Shown: positions 24,325 through 37,731, counted from the first letter of the stretch. The stretch is DNA of 64,000 nt from Amoeboaphelidium protococcarum X5 (GCA_023515725.1 JALDTO010000212.1:124001-188000); one strand, 5' to 3'. Numbers and translations are program-made. The notes: generated from the sequence alone by a model not told the origin.

Positions 24325-27045
24325 TCACCTTGCGCCCACTACTACTGACTGCACCACAATCAGAGTCATCAGCGGAATCAAAGATTCTTTAACGAAACTG
24401 TTCTTCGGTGTGGCAATACTGTAAATGAGCAGGAAAGTGAAGAATATAGCAGCAGGCAACACCACAGTACCAAACAAGTCCATCAGAATGACAAACTGCA
24501 TAGAGATACAGAAGGTACCACACAAATCTTTAACAAAGACCAGTTCGGCGAGATTGTGCACTGTGGAATTAATCCAACGACGACGTTGCGACAACAACAC
24601 GCGGAATTTATCAGGCACAACAGTCTCACATTGGGCCTGTGGCAAGAATATCATCTACCTCTTTGGGAAAGTCTTGAGCATCAGAGTGGACAAGAATCGA
24701 TCTTCACCCAATAGCAAAAGATTCTTCTTGTGCAAAGTATCAACAACATTCTGCGAATACTCTTCAATAATATCTGGATTTGCTAGAATAGGCACCCAGA
24801 ATCCATCACCCTTAGGAGATTTAATTCTATACATGGAGAAACAGCCGGGCAAGCAACTAACACCACCAAATATACTCTCGAAATTCTTCACCAGGTAATG
24901 GCTGATGAAGTACTCATACACCTGAATCATCGTCACCCAGGATGCATTAGGATTAGCCAGGCGCGTCTCACCACAGACTCCCATAAGTTTAGTGTCATTT
25001 CTCATTGCATTGACCATTTTGGGTAGAGAGTCCGGGTAGATCTTCGTATCAGCATCAACCATGAGGACCAGTTCAAAGCGATCACAATACACGCCAGTAA
25101 TAGAGCGAATCTTTGTAAATAAGTCATACTCCAACTCGGTCATTCTATCATCAAACATCACCTTACTCAGGAAATTCATTAAGATAATCTACGAATCTCT
25201 TTTACCTCTATTACCAGGCTTGGGCTCATTAGCTTCAGCAGGTGTACCGCATTTGACAACCAGCACGGTGGGTACGGAACGCCCATCATGATCAAATGTG
25301 CCATAGAACACCTGAGCCATGTTGTGCTGCTTTGATCCATCAGCAATGGCGACATAACTCTTTGGCTGAGCTTCTGGTTCACGCAGAGTCAACAAACTCT
25401 TACAAATCTCTGGAGTACTCTTACTCTGCCCACCGCCTGTAATGAGACCATCGGCCACCATGAAGATCAACTTTTATTCATCAGGGTAATGCGTCTCAGC
25501 GATGGATATCAGAGACTTTTTAATCTCATCCTCATTCTCACTGTACATGGTGACTAGTATCATGACATGACACGCGAATATACTCAGATCAATCTGAGAC
25601 AGATCCATATCCTCCGGAAATACCGACATTCTACTGGATTTGAACATTTACGTAATTGGTCTCTTTTAATCATCCAGTTATGTAAATCTGGACTGTCTGA
25701 ATGGTATAACACTTTTACGGCCATCCTAACCAGCTGGCTGAGTCAACATTTTACTTTTCACAGACTTTGGGATGACAACACCAGGCGGAACGTATGGAAT
25801 ACCTTTAGGCTCGGCGCTGAGAGCAGGAGCAACCACCCACGAATAAATCAGAGCCATTATGAAACGCACCAACACCAGACCCATAATAACGACCAGAATG
25901 ATGTAGTTGATGACATTGGCAGCAAAACAACCGACACTCTACTTGGACACCAAGCCGACTTGATACAGCTGAACAAGGCAGGGCACCTTTTCAGAAGCAG
26001 AGGGATCTTGCAAAAAATTCCTCGTAACATCCGTACCAATACCATTGATAATAATCTTATGAGCAGCAGGACCTAGAAATTCCGAGCCACCTTGCAGATA
26101 ATTGCTCACATCCAGCACATAACCATTATACACGAGCAGATTAGAATCCGTCTTCTATACATCTGACCACTCAAAAGACACACCAAGACCGGCAAGATTA
26201 CCAGACAGCTGACTAGCGGTATACGAATGACAGTGTTCAGGTGCGCCAGATATGGAACATTTCGTCTGAGGAATAGAGCCTATGGTCTACCCGTTACAAG
26301 CATCAGTATTAGGAACCCTGGGAAATAGGACCGATATATCGCGCGCTCTCCCACTTGACTAAAAGTCATTTATGGCACCAATAGATGCTGTGTGAAATCT
26401 TTACATATCATTAGGCTAAATCACGTACCATTGTCCGTGGATAGCCCAGGCATCAGGAAATGGAGGACTGTTGATTGGAGCACGATTACCCGTAGGCAAA
26501 CAGATGGTAGCCTGCAGACCAACAATCACAAAGCCCATCACAAAACAAGCTAGCAGGATGGCAAAGATCAAAGTCATCTTCTCTCGCCATGCCCACATCG
26601 CAACAGGGTCCTTTTTACCAAAACACTTGCGGATCATGATGTTAGGGAAACAGCAGGTGGAGGCTGTAACTAGATATATCCACCAGTCATACACGCGCTT
26701 CTTCTCTTGGTCCATTTATTATTATTACTACTTCATTCGCTATTCTTAATAAAGCTGCTGGTCATAGTTGTCCTCCTGATCATTATCGCCACTTCTACCA
26801 AGCGTGCTGACATACTGTGGACCACCGCCATTCTAATATGGCACTTGCTCAACTTGACGATGGAAATTATCTGCAATACGCGTGGTATTATCAGCAACCA
26901 GAGGCCTTCTAGCCACCGAATGACTTCTCTCCGGTCGTGTCAGACGAGATTTACTCCTCTGCAATTTCCTTGGCTTATACTGATTCTGCTGTTGATAGTA
27001 GAGATCACCAAGCTCTTCATCCGCATATTGATTATAAGGATTCAT
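24325..27045 (-). CDS. CHS: Chitin synthase (division 2, class IV-like, with cytochrome-b5-like region); C-terminally truncated
   Basis: [46 protein letters not shown]. The frame stops at 24325 before the usual last TM helices and the DDFSWG motif. Confidence 0.9.
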
Positions 27046-27498
27046 TCTCTCTCTCCCTATATCACTCAGATATTTATTTACAGATTTAAGGTAGAGTAAT
27101 ACTAATAAGAAGAAGACAACACAAAGTCAAGTTGAAATTTCGATTATATAACTTGCCAAATTTAGATTGCAAAGGCCGAATTTAGCCAATCAGCTAGCCT
27201 CTTGGCGCTCGCATTAAGATCGCTCGTCCGTTCTATTCACACAAGCACTGATATAGAGCTTACAAAGGAGGCACTCGGTCAAGTACGGAGTTCGAGAAAC
27301 GCAAAACCGCCTCGCAGTTTAAAATTACTAAACATAGAAAGTAAAATGAAAGTTCCCATTAATATTTTAAATGATTTTTAATTTTTATTTTGTTTTGTAA
27401 TTTTAAAAATAAATTCATTGCTATTTTGTTTCTTATCATGCACTATATCCGCCTTATAATAGGGGACATCTTAACTCGAATTCATTTTTTGCAGCAAA

Positions 27499-28878
27499 AT
27501 GTCTTAAGAAATCGACTTGGAACAGGTACGGCAGTTAGTAAATTAAGGTTTGAAGCGCAAGGAAATTTTAGATACTCTAAATTCTAGTGGAACAATCTGC
27601 TCCAAGTCCAAATTGGACCGGTTTATGACTGAACATGGATTGAGTACTGCTTTAAATAGAGCCACATTTGCGGATTAAAGTGAACATTGGATTGAAGAAG
27701 CTCGCCATCTAATTAATGGCGGGTCCACTTAACAATAATTATTGGATTGGCTGAAATAGAAGCATAATATTTAAATGTCCTTAAGGACTTTGCAATCGAT
27801 TTTGTCGCAGCATTAAATTGGAACGAGACATTGTGCGCTATCTCCTGTCGAAGTTTTGGATTTAGTGCATGTTGTAAATCAGGATGAAGGTGAAAGATTG
27901 GGAATTAGATCAACTACATAAGTCCTTCGTGAACTATCAGGCCAATAAGTATCTCGAGACATGGTTATGGTTTGCTAAAGATTCGACAATCCAGAGGCTG
28001 TGTAAATGCGTAAAAGGCGCAAGTTGAAACGCCGTGAATATTAAAATGATGGTCCTAATTAAGTGTGGCATATAGATGGCTTCGATAAGCTGTCGTAGTT
28101 TGGCTTTGGAATAAGTGCGTGTGTAGATGGTTTTAGTAGGTATGTTGTGTTTAGTATGGTCGCAGATACGAATAGGCCCGCGCGTTACATACTGGAATAT
28201 TTTCTGGATGCGGCTGACAAATGCAATGTTATGCCTGGAAAAGTTCGTGTTGATGGCGGAACTGAGAACAATTACATCAAGTAATTGCAAGAAATATTGG
28301 TAGGTGAGAACTCTTATATTGTGGGTTCATCCAATTTCAATACGCGTATAGAAAGTTACTGGGGCAGATAGAATCATTATGGGCTTGAATATTGGATAGG
28401 AACGCTGAACAATCTTCACTTTGCAGGTTATTTTAATACCACGCTTTATTCTCATAAGACAATTTCTCAGTATTGTTTTGGACATTATATCGCTGAGTGT
28501 TTAGATAAAATTACCACCTTGTGGAATTACCATAAGATTCGAAATCAAGGACAGCCCATCATGCGTTATCAAGTTCCCGAGATGTTTGATGGAGTAGAAT
28601 GTGGTTTGGAGCCTCCTCAAGACATGCGTGATATGGCTATTCAATTGTTTGGACCAAGTACTATAGATATGAATGATAGGTTTAGAATTAATTACGCTAG
28701 GCATCTTATTGATGAAGTTGTTATAGAGAAAGGTTTTGATCAACTTACCTTTGACAATTGTCAAGATGTGTTCAAGGCTTTAGTGTCCGATGGCGATCTC
28801 GTAAGCGCGCTGGATGCATTTAGAGATTAATTGTTGATAGCAGAATAGTAAGTGAGAGGGTAGGAAATTGCTTAGTGA
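27499..28878 (+). CDS. IS3EU-type DDE transposase (integrase core) with N-terminal HTH/Clr5-like repeats
   Basis: Intact 459-aa frame with TAR=Gln: RRKLKRREYQNDGPNQVWHIDGFDKL..FGFGISACVDGFSR, PGKVRVDGGTEN, GSSNFNTRIEKYW, WNYHKIR. Confidence 0.9.
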
Positions 28879-28963
28879 AGAATGGTCTGAATAATTAAAA
28901 ATTTCTTATTGCTATTACTATCTTTACGTACTCATTGTTAACTCCACCAGAGCTACTAAATAC

Positions 28964-30979
28964 TCAATCCTCAGTCAAAGTTGGCAATTTCTTCTACGCA
29001 GCATTTTTAGCACGCGTATTAGGTCTTCTGCTAGACGGACGTATGTTTTTAACAATAGGATCCACCAACTTAATCTTAGATTTCTCCTTTACTATCTGCA
29101 AATCCTGAGTGGCTTGATTATTAACTTCTACCTGTTTAGACACAGAAGTTATGGAGACATCCGACTTCAATGATGTCTTCTACTATCCAAGAGGATTAGG
29201 AGCGGCCTATGCTGGAGATCCAAACACAGTGGACTCGAATTTATCCATTAAGAGAGAATCTTCCATAATCTTCTCCATTACTAAAGACGGAATGGTCGCG
29301 ACATCTAAATGCAAAGCCTTGCAAATCTAATTGCACTAGTGCATAACGAAGAACTTCACAATTGCTGGTAAACCCATATTGCCAATACTGCAATCGGTGC
29401 CATTGACAGTGCACACCTAAAGATCTGTAAAGTGACACTTAGAGCCTTGAATATCAACTATCATTTACTCGTAGTTCTCCTTCTCAAACCAATAATAGGA
29501 GTAATGGGCAAAAGCCCAGGCCACTTCTTCACGAAAGTTCTCCTCATAAGTCTGATCATCATCACAAATTTGCATAAAATGCTCGTTGTCGATATACTTC
29601 ACAAATTGGCCATCTACGAAGGGTTCAACTGTCCATATCTTTGCTAGATCCACCATATCACCAAATTCCTCATTTTATTTGTCTCTAATCTCCAGCATCA
29701 CGCCAGCACAAACTCCACGCTACTCACCAGCAACCTATAGATATTCTTAACCCAGCAGCGTCTTAATCAATTCCGCGTCAAAATCTAGGAAGCACCTTTG
29801 AGCGCAAACAGAGTTTAATATTTCCCTAGCATGTAATCCATAATCATCGTCATCCTTATCAATTGCGCACTTAAAGACTACTGGCAGATCTGGAAAAAAC
29901 TTGACCAGAGATCCATTATAGTAGCATCTTTTTATATTCCCTTTGTTAGTCTTTCCTGCCAGATCTGGCATTCCAACTACTCCTGGATCCTCAGTGAACC
30001 AGGAGCCTGTTTCATAGTCGTAGACATGCACAACCACACTGCCTTACAAGGAGCGCGTATTTTTTATTACACGCTGAGGGGACACCTTGGAAATGTTTTC
30101 AAACTAGCAAAACTTATTCTTATGTTCAATCTAACTATTTCTCGCAACATTTGAACTGACAGGTATGATCGTAGACTCCTGCGCAGATTTGATCTTTTTG
30201 ACAGGCTTGACAGGTTGAATAATAGGCTCATCTAAAGTACGCGTCGGTTCAACAATTTCAAAATCATCCTTATCCTGCATCTTCTCATCTGGCAAACCAT
30301 ACTAGTAATCAAAGTCCTCGACATTCAAAAAATTCAGCTACTGTAGAGACTCATAGTTTCTCTTTAAACTAGGATGCAATTACACGCGATTGCTTTCAAC
30401 CAACGGAATCAAATATAGCACCTTATCCTTATTAGAGGTATACTTACATCCTGCCAATTGAATATTCTGGGTCCATTATATTACGTCAAAATCAACTCCA
30501 AATTAGGGGATTTGGTGGATTTGACTTTGTCCAATTGACGATTGCTCAACTTGATAGTGAAACAATGCACAAGCTTATGCTAAGACAGATTGATAATTGT
30601 CATTATACTTGTCAATCTAAATCATCTATGGGCCAACATTTTCCAGACGCTTAAATTATCCAACCTTTGATCCTGAAATACAAGGGACAATGCTAATTTG
30701 CACCAGCGCGTTTTTACGCGTCAAACCTCTATTTCCACTACCAGGACCGTTTCTATGAACAGGGGGCGGCGGCTTAGTCTGGTATCCACTGTGCAATCTA
30801 TTTACCATTGACTCGGTTCTTGTCTGCACCGCAAGCTTTTTCTTTTACTCAAATTGCATTTGTGAATGCATCAACTAGGCTTGCGCCTATTGCCAAGATT
30901 TACATCCAGCACAATGACAGTCCTCCCTTTTGAGTCCGGACGAATTGGGACATAACACATCTTACAACGGATTAAACAT
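28964..30979 (-). CDS. Alpha-kinase (eEF2K/MHCK-type) with Cys-rich N-terminus; transposon cargo
   Basis: 671-aa frame with TAR=Gln: VVFKC, VEPFVDGQFVKY, AFAHYSY, IVDIQG, FTDLQV, GNMG, and the HQCNQIC zinc site. Confidence 0.88.
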
Positions 30980-32422
30980 GCTTGATACTGATTCTATTCA
31001 AAAGACACTAGGATATAGATATCAACTAAAGAGATTGCGTATATTTGTCGCGTTTTAGTTATCTGAACTATGAGAGCTGTTATTAATAATATGATTGCGT
31101 AAGATCTTAGAGTGGCGTAAGGGGGGTGGCGCAGCAAGTAATGACAACACTACGGCGTCCCAATGCTGCATTGCTTATACCTGTATGCTTATCTCGCAAA
31201 TAAGATTGTACGTTGTTAAAAAGTAGTTTAGTGAATAGTGTGTAAGAGATAATAAAGTATCATTCAGTATCAAAACAATTTATCACAAATAATCGCTTAC
31301 TTACTGTTAAATTGCAAGCGCCAGTTTCGAGATTAACGCATCAAGCAATCAGTTGTGACAAAGATCGAGCAACCACTACTCACAAACAGTTTGCAAATTT
31401 TTGCTTGAGGTTTGGTGCATATATTTCTTTACTAGAGAAGCGGAGCAAATACTGCTATATTAAAAATCTTGAGATATTTACACCAATACTGCTGCAGTTG
31501 CGCAAGTTGCACATTAAAGTAAAGCAACACACACACGGTGCATGACTAATACATTTGATTTTGCAGCATGATATAAATAAGAAAGTAATCACAAAAATTA
31601 ATCAATTTGTTAAGTCGCATTCGCGTATTACAAGTGCAAAAACGTTATGTATTAATGTGAGGCACTGATTGCGGCTCTCGAACATTAAAAACAAAAACAG
31701 TTGTAAGAAACAAATATTCGTTTCTGCTTTTTAAATAGCGACGCGCTTTTGCGGCTCTCGGATTCCGTAGTCAAGCATCGGGAAACTATTAGTAATGCAA
31801 CATATACTAACTTTTTACGTAATTTATGTTCTCTCTCTCTCTCTGAAGGCCGACCCAAATGCAATGAGTTCATTTGTTGATGTCCATACACGCATTTCAT
31901 GATACAACATTTTAATGCTTCTCTTTCTGCAGTCTGCCAACTACAGTACTAACGACCCATAAAGCGCGGAATTATATAAAATACAGTTTGCAGTTACCAT
32001 TTCTGACCAGTGATTAACATACCTTTATCAAGCCCAACACTTGATGATTAAAATCATAGAGCTGTGGACAAAGCCTGCAACAAAGAGGATCATGTAAGAG
32101 TGAAACAGAGTCGCTTCTACAAACGGTCTCAACAGGACTTTTTGATGATGATGATAATGATAAACTCGTGAAGTCTTGATAAATTGCAGTCAGATTTATG
32201 TGAAAATGATTAAAATATTAAAAATTTGAGTTAACAGACTGAATTAAAGCGACCTGTCCAATCAGAGAGTGACTTGTTCTCTAGTTCTCTTTAGCTGTCT
32301 TTTCTCTCTCTACATTTTCGCTTTGCAATCGTTGAATTATTCTGTACCGCTCCAGGCTCTTGTTAAATCGTTATATATTCATTTGCTCACGTACTCTAAT
32401 AAAATAAAATCTTATATTAATA

Positions 32423-32809
32423 ATGAATGCACCTGCTAGGCATGAGATTATTGTACTACCCGATGGAGTGAAGAAGATCACTGTGAAATAGGACATTAAG
32501 ATACCGAATGCGGCGACATTCGAGATTCAGCGAGAAGATCATACGCTGGGAAATGTGCTCAGAGAATATTTGCTGTAGAATCCCAAGGTTTTATTTGCCG
32601 CGTACAAGATGCCGCATCCTTTGAATCCGTGGATAGAACTGAAAGTACAAGTGACCGCAGACACTACGCCCAGGAAAGCTGTAATATAGGCTCTGAATCG
32701 CATAATCATTGACGGTAATCATATGAGCGCCTAGTTTAAACAAGAAATTGAAAGATTCCAGCGACGTAGAGGCATTCATTAATAGTCGACTTCTTCTTAT
32801 TATCAATGA
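32423..32809 (+). CDS. RPB11: RNA polymerase II subunit RPB11
   Basis: MNAP...KIPNAATFEIQREDHTLGN...VLFAAYKMPHPL; ends in TGA. Confidence 0.95.
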
Positions 32810-33099
32810 GGTGTTTAATAGTTGTTGGCGATCCTCACATAGAATGAAATTATTGTATTTTAGGCCATTTTAATGTTATCTCTCTATTGCCTGATGTTTC
32901 TCGCGTTCTTTTAATTCCTCACTTGCCTCTTTATCACATTACCGAGCCCTCTCTTTCACTTTCTCAAATTCGCTCTCCCTTCTTCTCTTCAACGCGTCTC
33001 GGTTTTGAGTTTAACGAAACCTCGTTTGCAATTTCTTGCAACTCCATTACAACCTTGAACATTGCTGAAGCTATAGAAATAAATTATTGAGAAGTGACC

Positions 33100-34836
33100 A
33101 TGTCTGTGAATGTGCATTATAATGGCAAAAGTGTCAAGGTGAAAGCGTCTCCGAATTCTGTTCTGAATCAGATTAAACTGGAGGCTTGTCAGTTGCTGAA
33201 GTTGAATGATGAATCCATGTTTGGTCTCAATTGGATAACTATCAGTAATAATAAAAGCAGTAATGTTGCAGGTGGTGGTAGTAAGAAGAGTGGTGGCAGT
33301 TAATTGTTAGACTTGTCGCTCAGTCTGCGCTATGCTAATATTCCTCTGAACTCTCGGCTTGATCTTGTGTAGTTGACTGCTCCCAACGCGGCTCCAATGT
33401 TGTCATCCAACGCTGCTGGTAATGCTTAATAAATTCTTGTTGCATTGTAGCTGGAAGATGCGCGATTAAAGTCATAGTTTCCATCCACGTGTACATTGTT
33501 GGACATTTTGCTAAAGTTTGAAGATTAGTAATCATCTGCTTCAAGTAGTCAGTCGATTCTTTATAAAAGCCATGGAGCCAAGAAATCAATTGGTAATTTG
33601 TTAAAGCTTACAGATTAGAAGAAGGGTCCATCCTACTTGCAACCTGTAATCTTGGTAGCTAATAGAGAGTTTAATACATTGCAATAGTTGTCGGCAACCA
33701 CTCTTTCATCTATAGGTGTGAAGAGTGGCAATGTGTTATTGCGGTGTTCCTTCAAACAGAGTGAAATGTCTTTAGAATAGGCTTAAAAGTTTATTTAGAT
33801 TTATCAAAGCCAGGCTGAGGATCGCAAAGCTGGAATTAACTAGGAAGTTATAGCATCTTCATCATAATCTTAATCATAGTCTGCTGCCCTTAAGGCTTAG
33901 TAATAGTTGTAGTAGAATGAGAGTTCATCAGTAGATTCTGCAGGATAATAGATTGAGTAGAAGTTAGCTAGCTAGAACGTGATAACAGATGATTCTGTTG
34001 TCCAACCTTCTTCATAACAATAAGATGATGTGAAGAGCGCAGCAAAAGCTGTTGCAGGTGATATAAAAGTTTATAGAATTAGTGATATTCAACCATCTGC
34101 CACTAATCTTAATCTACCAGATTCATATTATGAAATATCAGCTGGTGATTTGAAGTCCATAATGTAGCAGAGTTCTGCAAAGAATAGCACCGATTAGCCT
34201 CTACTTACCAAGGCACTTAGAGACAAGATGGATATGGAGAAAGAGAGAAAATATCCGCATACTGTTATAAGATTCAAGTTTCAAGAGTTGTAAATCATGG
34301 TGGAGACTTTATTTAAATCTTCTGTGAGCACAATTGCAGATTTATACCGCTTCATGGATGGATGCCTTTACTCTCAGGATCTTGCGGATAAGTATTATCT
34401 ATTCACAGCTCCACCGATGAAAAGGCTTGATAAATCATCGAGTACCACATTGTATAAATCTGGTCTGTCTCCCTCTGCCGTGGTCCATGTTGGCTTTGTG
34501 GATTAGAGAAGTATCAAAGGAAAGTAATTCTTGTCAGATACTGTGATGTAGAAGCTTACCGACCTTCCAGTCCATCCATCACTATCTGAATGGGCTCAAT
34601 CTTCGACATCTGCGGACAATCTGTAGTCTAGTTCTTCCGCATCTATCGGCGGTTAATCAGATGGTGCAGATCGCAATAATGATGCTACGTCTCAACATGA
34701 AGGCAATAACTCAAAGAGATAGTAATCGTCTTAGTAGTAGTCATCAAATAGAAGTGATAATCAGTCGAAAGATGGTGCAAGTGATAGAAAAGTGCCCAAG
34801 TGGTTCAAAATGCCTCTAGGGCCATATAAAAAGTGA
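33100..34836 (+). CDS. TUG/ASPL/Ubx4-like UBL-UBX protein (p97/Cdc48 adaptor)
   Basis: N-terminal UBL (LDLSLSLRYANIP), UBX region KYPHTVIRFKF...YLFTAPP, C-terminal KVPKWFK; Gln/Ser-rich linker. Confidence 0.8.
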
Positions 34837-34906
34837 TAGTATTAGCTGAATTTACAATATTTAATGCACACTCATCATTCACAAACTACAATTATATCTA
34901 GATCTT

Positions 34907-35509
34907 TCAATTCTATCTTTACTACTAGTAATTATTAGACTAATATTTATCATTACGAGAGAAGCCATGCGCACCACCATCCTTGTTAGTATTTACAAAG
35001 TCATGCACCTCAAATTTCGGGTGTCCAAGTTCACACTCTGGTCCAAGCGGACAGAATCCAGTCATAAAATTCTAACACACCATCTATCGCGTGTGCTTAT
35101 TGCGACACTGAGGTCCATGCTTGCAAAATCCACGATTATACCATGGACACTCTTTGGTCTTCTTCGCGGCATCAATGTGCAGGTAGATACAGTCGGCATT
35201 GGTACATTCACCATAGTTGGCATAGAACCAGCACTCGGGCATTCGCTTCAGATTATATTCATGCAGAAACTCACACTAATCGCCCTTCTTACACAGATTC
35301 CGCAGCCAATGCTTGCACATGACCATCTTCTCCGGTTTGATGTGTCTATACTAGCAATGATTTCCATGCCGACAATTTCCCTTCAAGTAAAATTTACAAA
35401 TCTCCTAGTAGGGCCTCTTATTCTCTCCAATGTACAACCCCAATTCATTCTTTAGGTACGGCTCAAAATCGAAATGCAGATCCTTTGTCGGGGCTAATAT
35501 ATCCTGCAT
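34907..35509 (-). CDS. YTH1: Polyadenylation factor YTH1/CPSF30 (five CCCH fingers)
   Basis: [44 protein letters not shown]. Confidence 0.95.
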
Positions 35510-35635
35510 ACTGACTAAAATTTTGATACGTGATTGAGCAAACGCTTTACAAAGAAGAAGGAAAGATTGTCGATCTGATCTCAGTTGATCGTTGAAGACT
35601 ATGCAAGAACTGATTTCTTCTAATATCTAAATGAA

Positions 35636-36462
35636 ATGAAAATCTTTGATCAATTAGAATTAGACGATTTGTAGAAAAGGAAGTATTAGCCCCTGGCGAA
35701 TTATTTTGGGGCGCTTGATTTGTAGGATATATTGTCGGATGACGAAATTTTAAGCAATATGGTCGAAATGGTGGAACCTAGAGATAAATTCATCATGTCC
35801 GTCTTTGTCAAGTAGATTCTTACCCCAAAGATTGAGGCTTTGAGTGGATAACAATCTGTCAGCAGTGGTTAGTACTATCATACTCAGCGATCTTTTGGGA
35901 ATGATGTCCTTCGCCTGTCTAATGCAGCTTTGTGTTCCTCTCTTTTTACAGATTTTAACAAGCCTACATGCAATGAACTGGGTATTTTGATAGAAAGTAT
36001 GGTGCCTGAAGGTTAGGTAATCAAGCAGTTGGATTTATCGTGTAACATGTTATTATCTGCTGATGTTAAACTCATTAGAGGTACTATCGAACAATGTGAC
36101 GCGTATTTTGCTGACCGTTTTGTATTACAGCTGAGACGTAATCAAATATAAGGTGTTAGCTGTTATCAGCTAGAGGTACGGGATGAGATAATGAAGTTGG
36201 TGAACATGGAAAATTGTTATTTTTGGATTTGACTGGAAATCCGTTTTGCACTATTGATAATCAAGATTTCTTTGTCTAGATTACAATCGACACCAATGTC
36301 TGCAAAAAGTTGATTTGGATCAGTGAATGTAATGTACCAACTATAGGATGGCGTAGTATGGTCAATAATGCTCAAGTGGCGTCTCAAGTTTAAGAATATC
36401 ACTATCGCTACTACTCTCAGCTGGGCCGTAGAGATGTTTTCGATGATGTTTCCAAACCATGA
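35636..36462 (+). pseudogene. Frameshifted leucine-rich-repeat-like gene
   Basis: IKQLDLSCNML...LQLRRNQI in one frame, which ends at TGA 36230-36232. LLFLDLTGNPFC...KLIWI continues in another frame after an A4 run at 36210-36213. Confidence 0.6.
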
Positions 36463-37050
36463 AGCTGTATATGAGTGATAAGTTCGATAAATGTATTATA
36501 ATGATAATGCTTTAGCAATAGTACTGCGGATAAAGATGAAAACAGAAATAAGGAGATTATAATGCGGCTAAGTACAGTAATTAACCGCTGTGCGATTCTA
36601 AACATAGCGTGTTGGCCAGTGATGATAATCCCCAATTGATTTACACCAAACGCGATTAACTCTTTTGTCATGATTGTTATTAAAACAATGATTGTATATT
36701 ATACAGAGACCCATAGTGAACTAGAAGAGCGTGGACTACAGTTCTCACCACAACGTACGCGTCTCAAGCGACCATAGCGATGGTGCTGAGCCACTGAGGC
36801 TTACTTTGTATGTTCACACGCTCAATATATATATATAGACATGTGAGGTTGCGCTACAAGACTAAAGACTTACGGCAGATGAGTGTAGCTATAAGCAACA
36901 GTCTAAGGTCCTGTAGTTGACGTTCAAATGCATCAAGCCCAAACAATATACGTGATTACTGTTTATAAAAACGCGTACAAAATAGGTAGAGAGAAATTAG
37001 ATCACAGAACCTTTCCTGATATAATTAAGGCCGCCTAGTACACATTTTAA

Positions 37051-37731
37051 ATGGCGAATGATGCGCAACAGTCCGATAGCGATAGTGAATAAGGGTATAC
37101 TTTGAATTTAGAGCGAGTGTTTCGATTTGATGGATTGCGTCGGGATATTTTAATCCAAGAAGAATGGATGAATGAGGATTGTGATCTGGGCGGGAGCGTT
37201 TGGTCTTCATCTGTCCGATTATCACAGTACTTGATTGATCACGCGTAAACACTGGCGATTCGTGATTCTAATGTCCTTGAACTCGGCGCTGGGTGTCATG
37301 GCATTTGCGGTATAGTTTCATACTTTCTTGGTGCGAGACAAGTAGTTCTTACTGATTAGTAGTCTCTAACGCCGTACATAAATGAGAATATTGTAAAGAA
37401 CGCGATATCGCTGGATTCAGTAACTGCTTGTGCTTTGGATTGGAAGAATCCATCGCAACTCCCTTGTTCAAAGTTTGATTTAATTCTAGCTGCAGAGTGC
37501 CTGTATAATCTTGAATCTGTACCTCTTCTCTGCTCAGTGCTTAAAAAGTACAGTCGTCCCGAAACTCGAATAGCTCTCTGTGGCATTATAGGGCCTGAAG
37601 TATTTGACGCGTTTGATGATCTGTTTCGGCGAGAATTCTAATTGATCTCATTGCACGATGAAGTATCTAATTAGATTCAATGCATTGATCCCCTCAGGCA
37701 AGTTTACGTGTTTAGTCCTAGATAAAAGTGA
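37051..37731 (+). CDS. SAM-dependent protein methyltransferase (METTL21/Methyltransf_16 family)
   Basis: GGSVWSSS, VLELGAG, VVLTD, LDW, FDLILAAECLY. Confidence 0.88.

Larger units (their letters stand above)
27284..31769. mobile_element. IS3EU-like DNA transposon, complete (4486 bp), carrying a transposase and an alpha-kinase
   Basis: Imperfect TIRs: left TACGGAGTTCGAGAAACGCAAAACCGCCTCGC versus reverse complement of right TACGGAATCCGAGAGCCGCAAAAGCGCGTCGC (26/32 identical). Identical 6-bp flanks GTCAAG at 27278-27283 and 31770-31775. Confidence 0.9.

Noticed and set aside
31312-31545. Third ORF inside the transposon
   Set aside because: TTG start, short, no recognisable motif.
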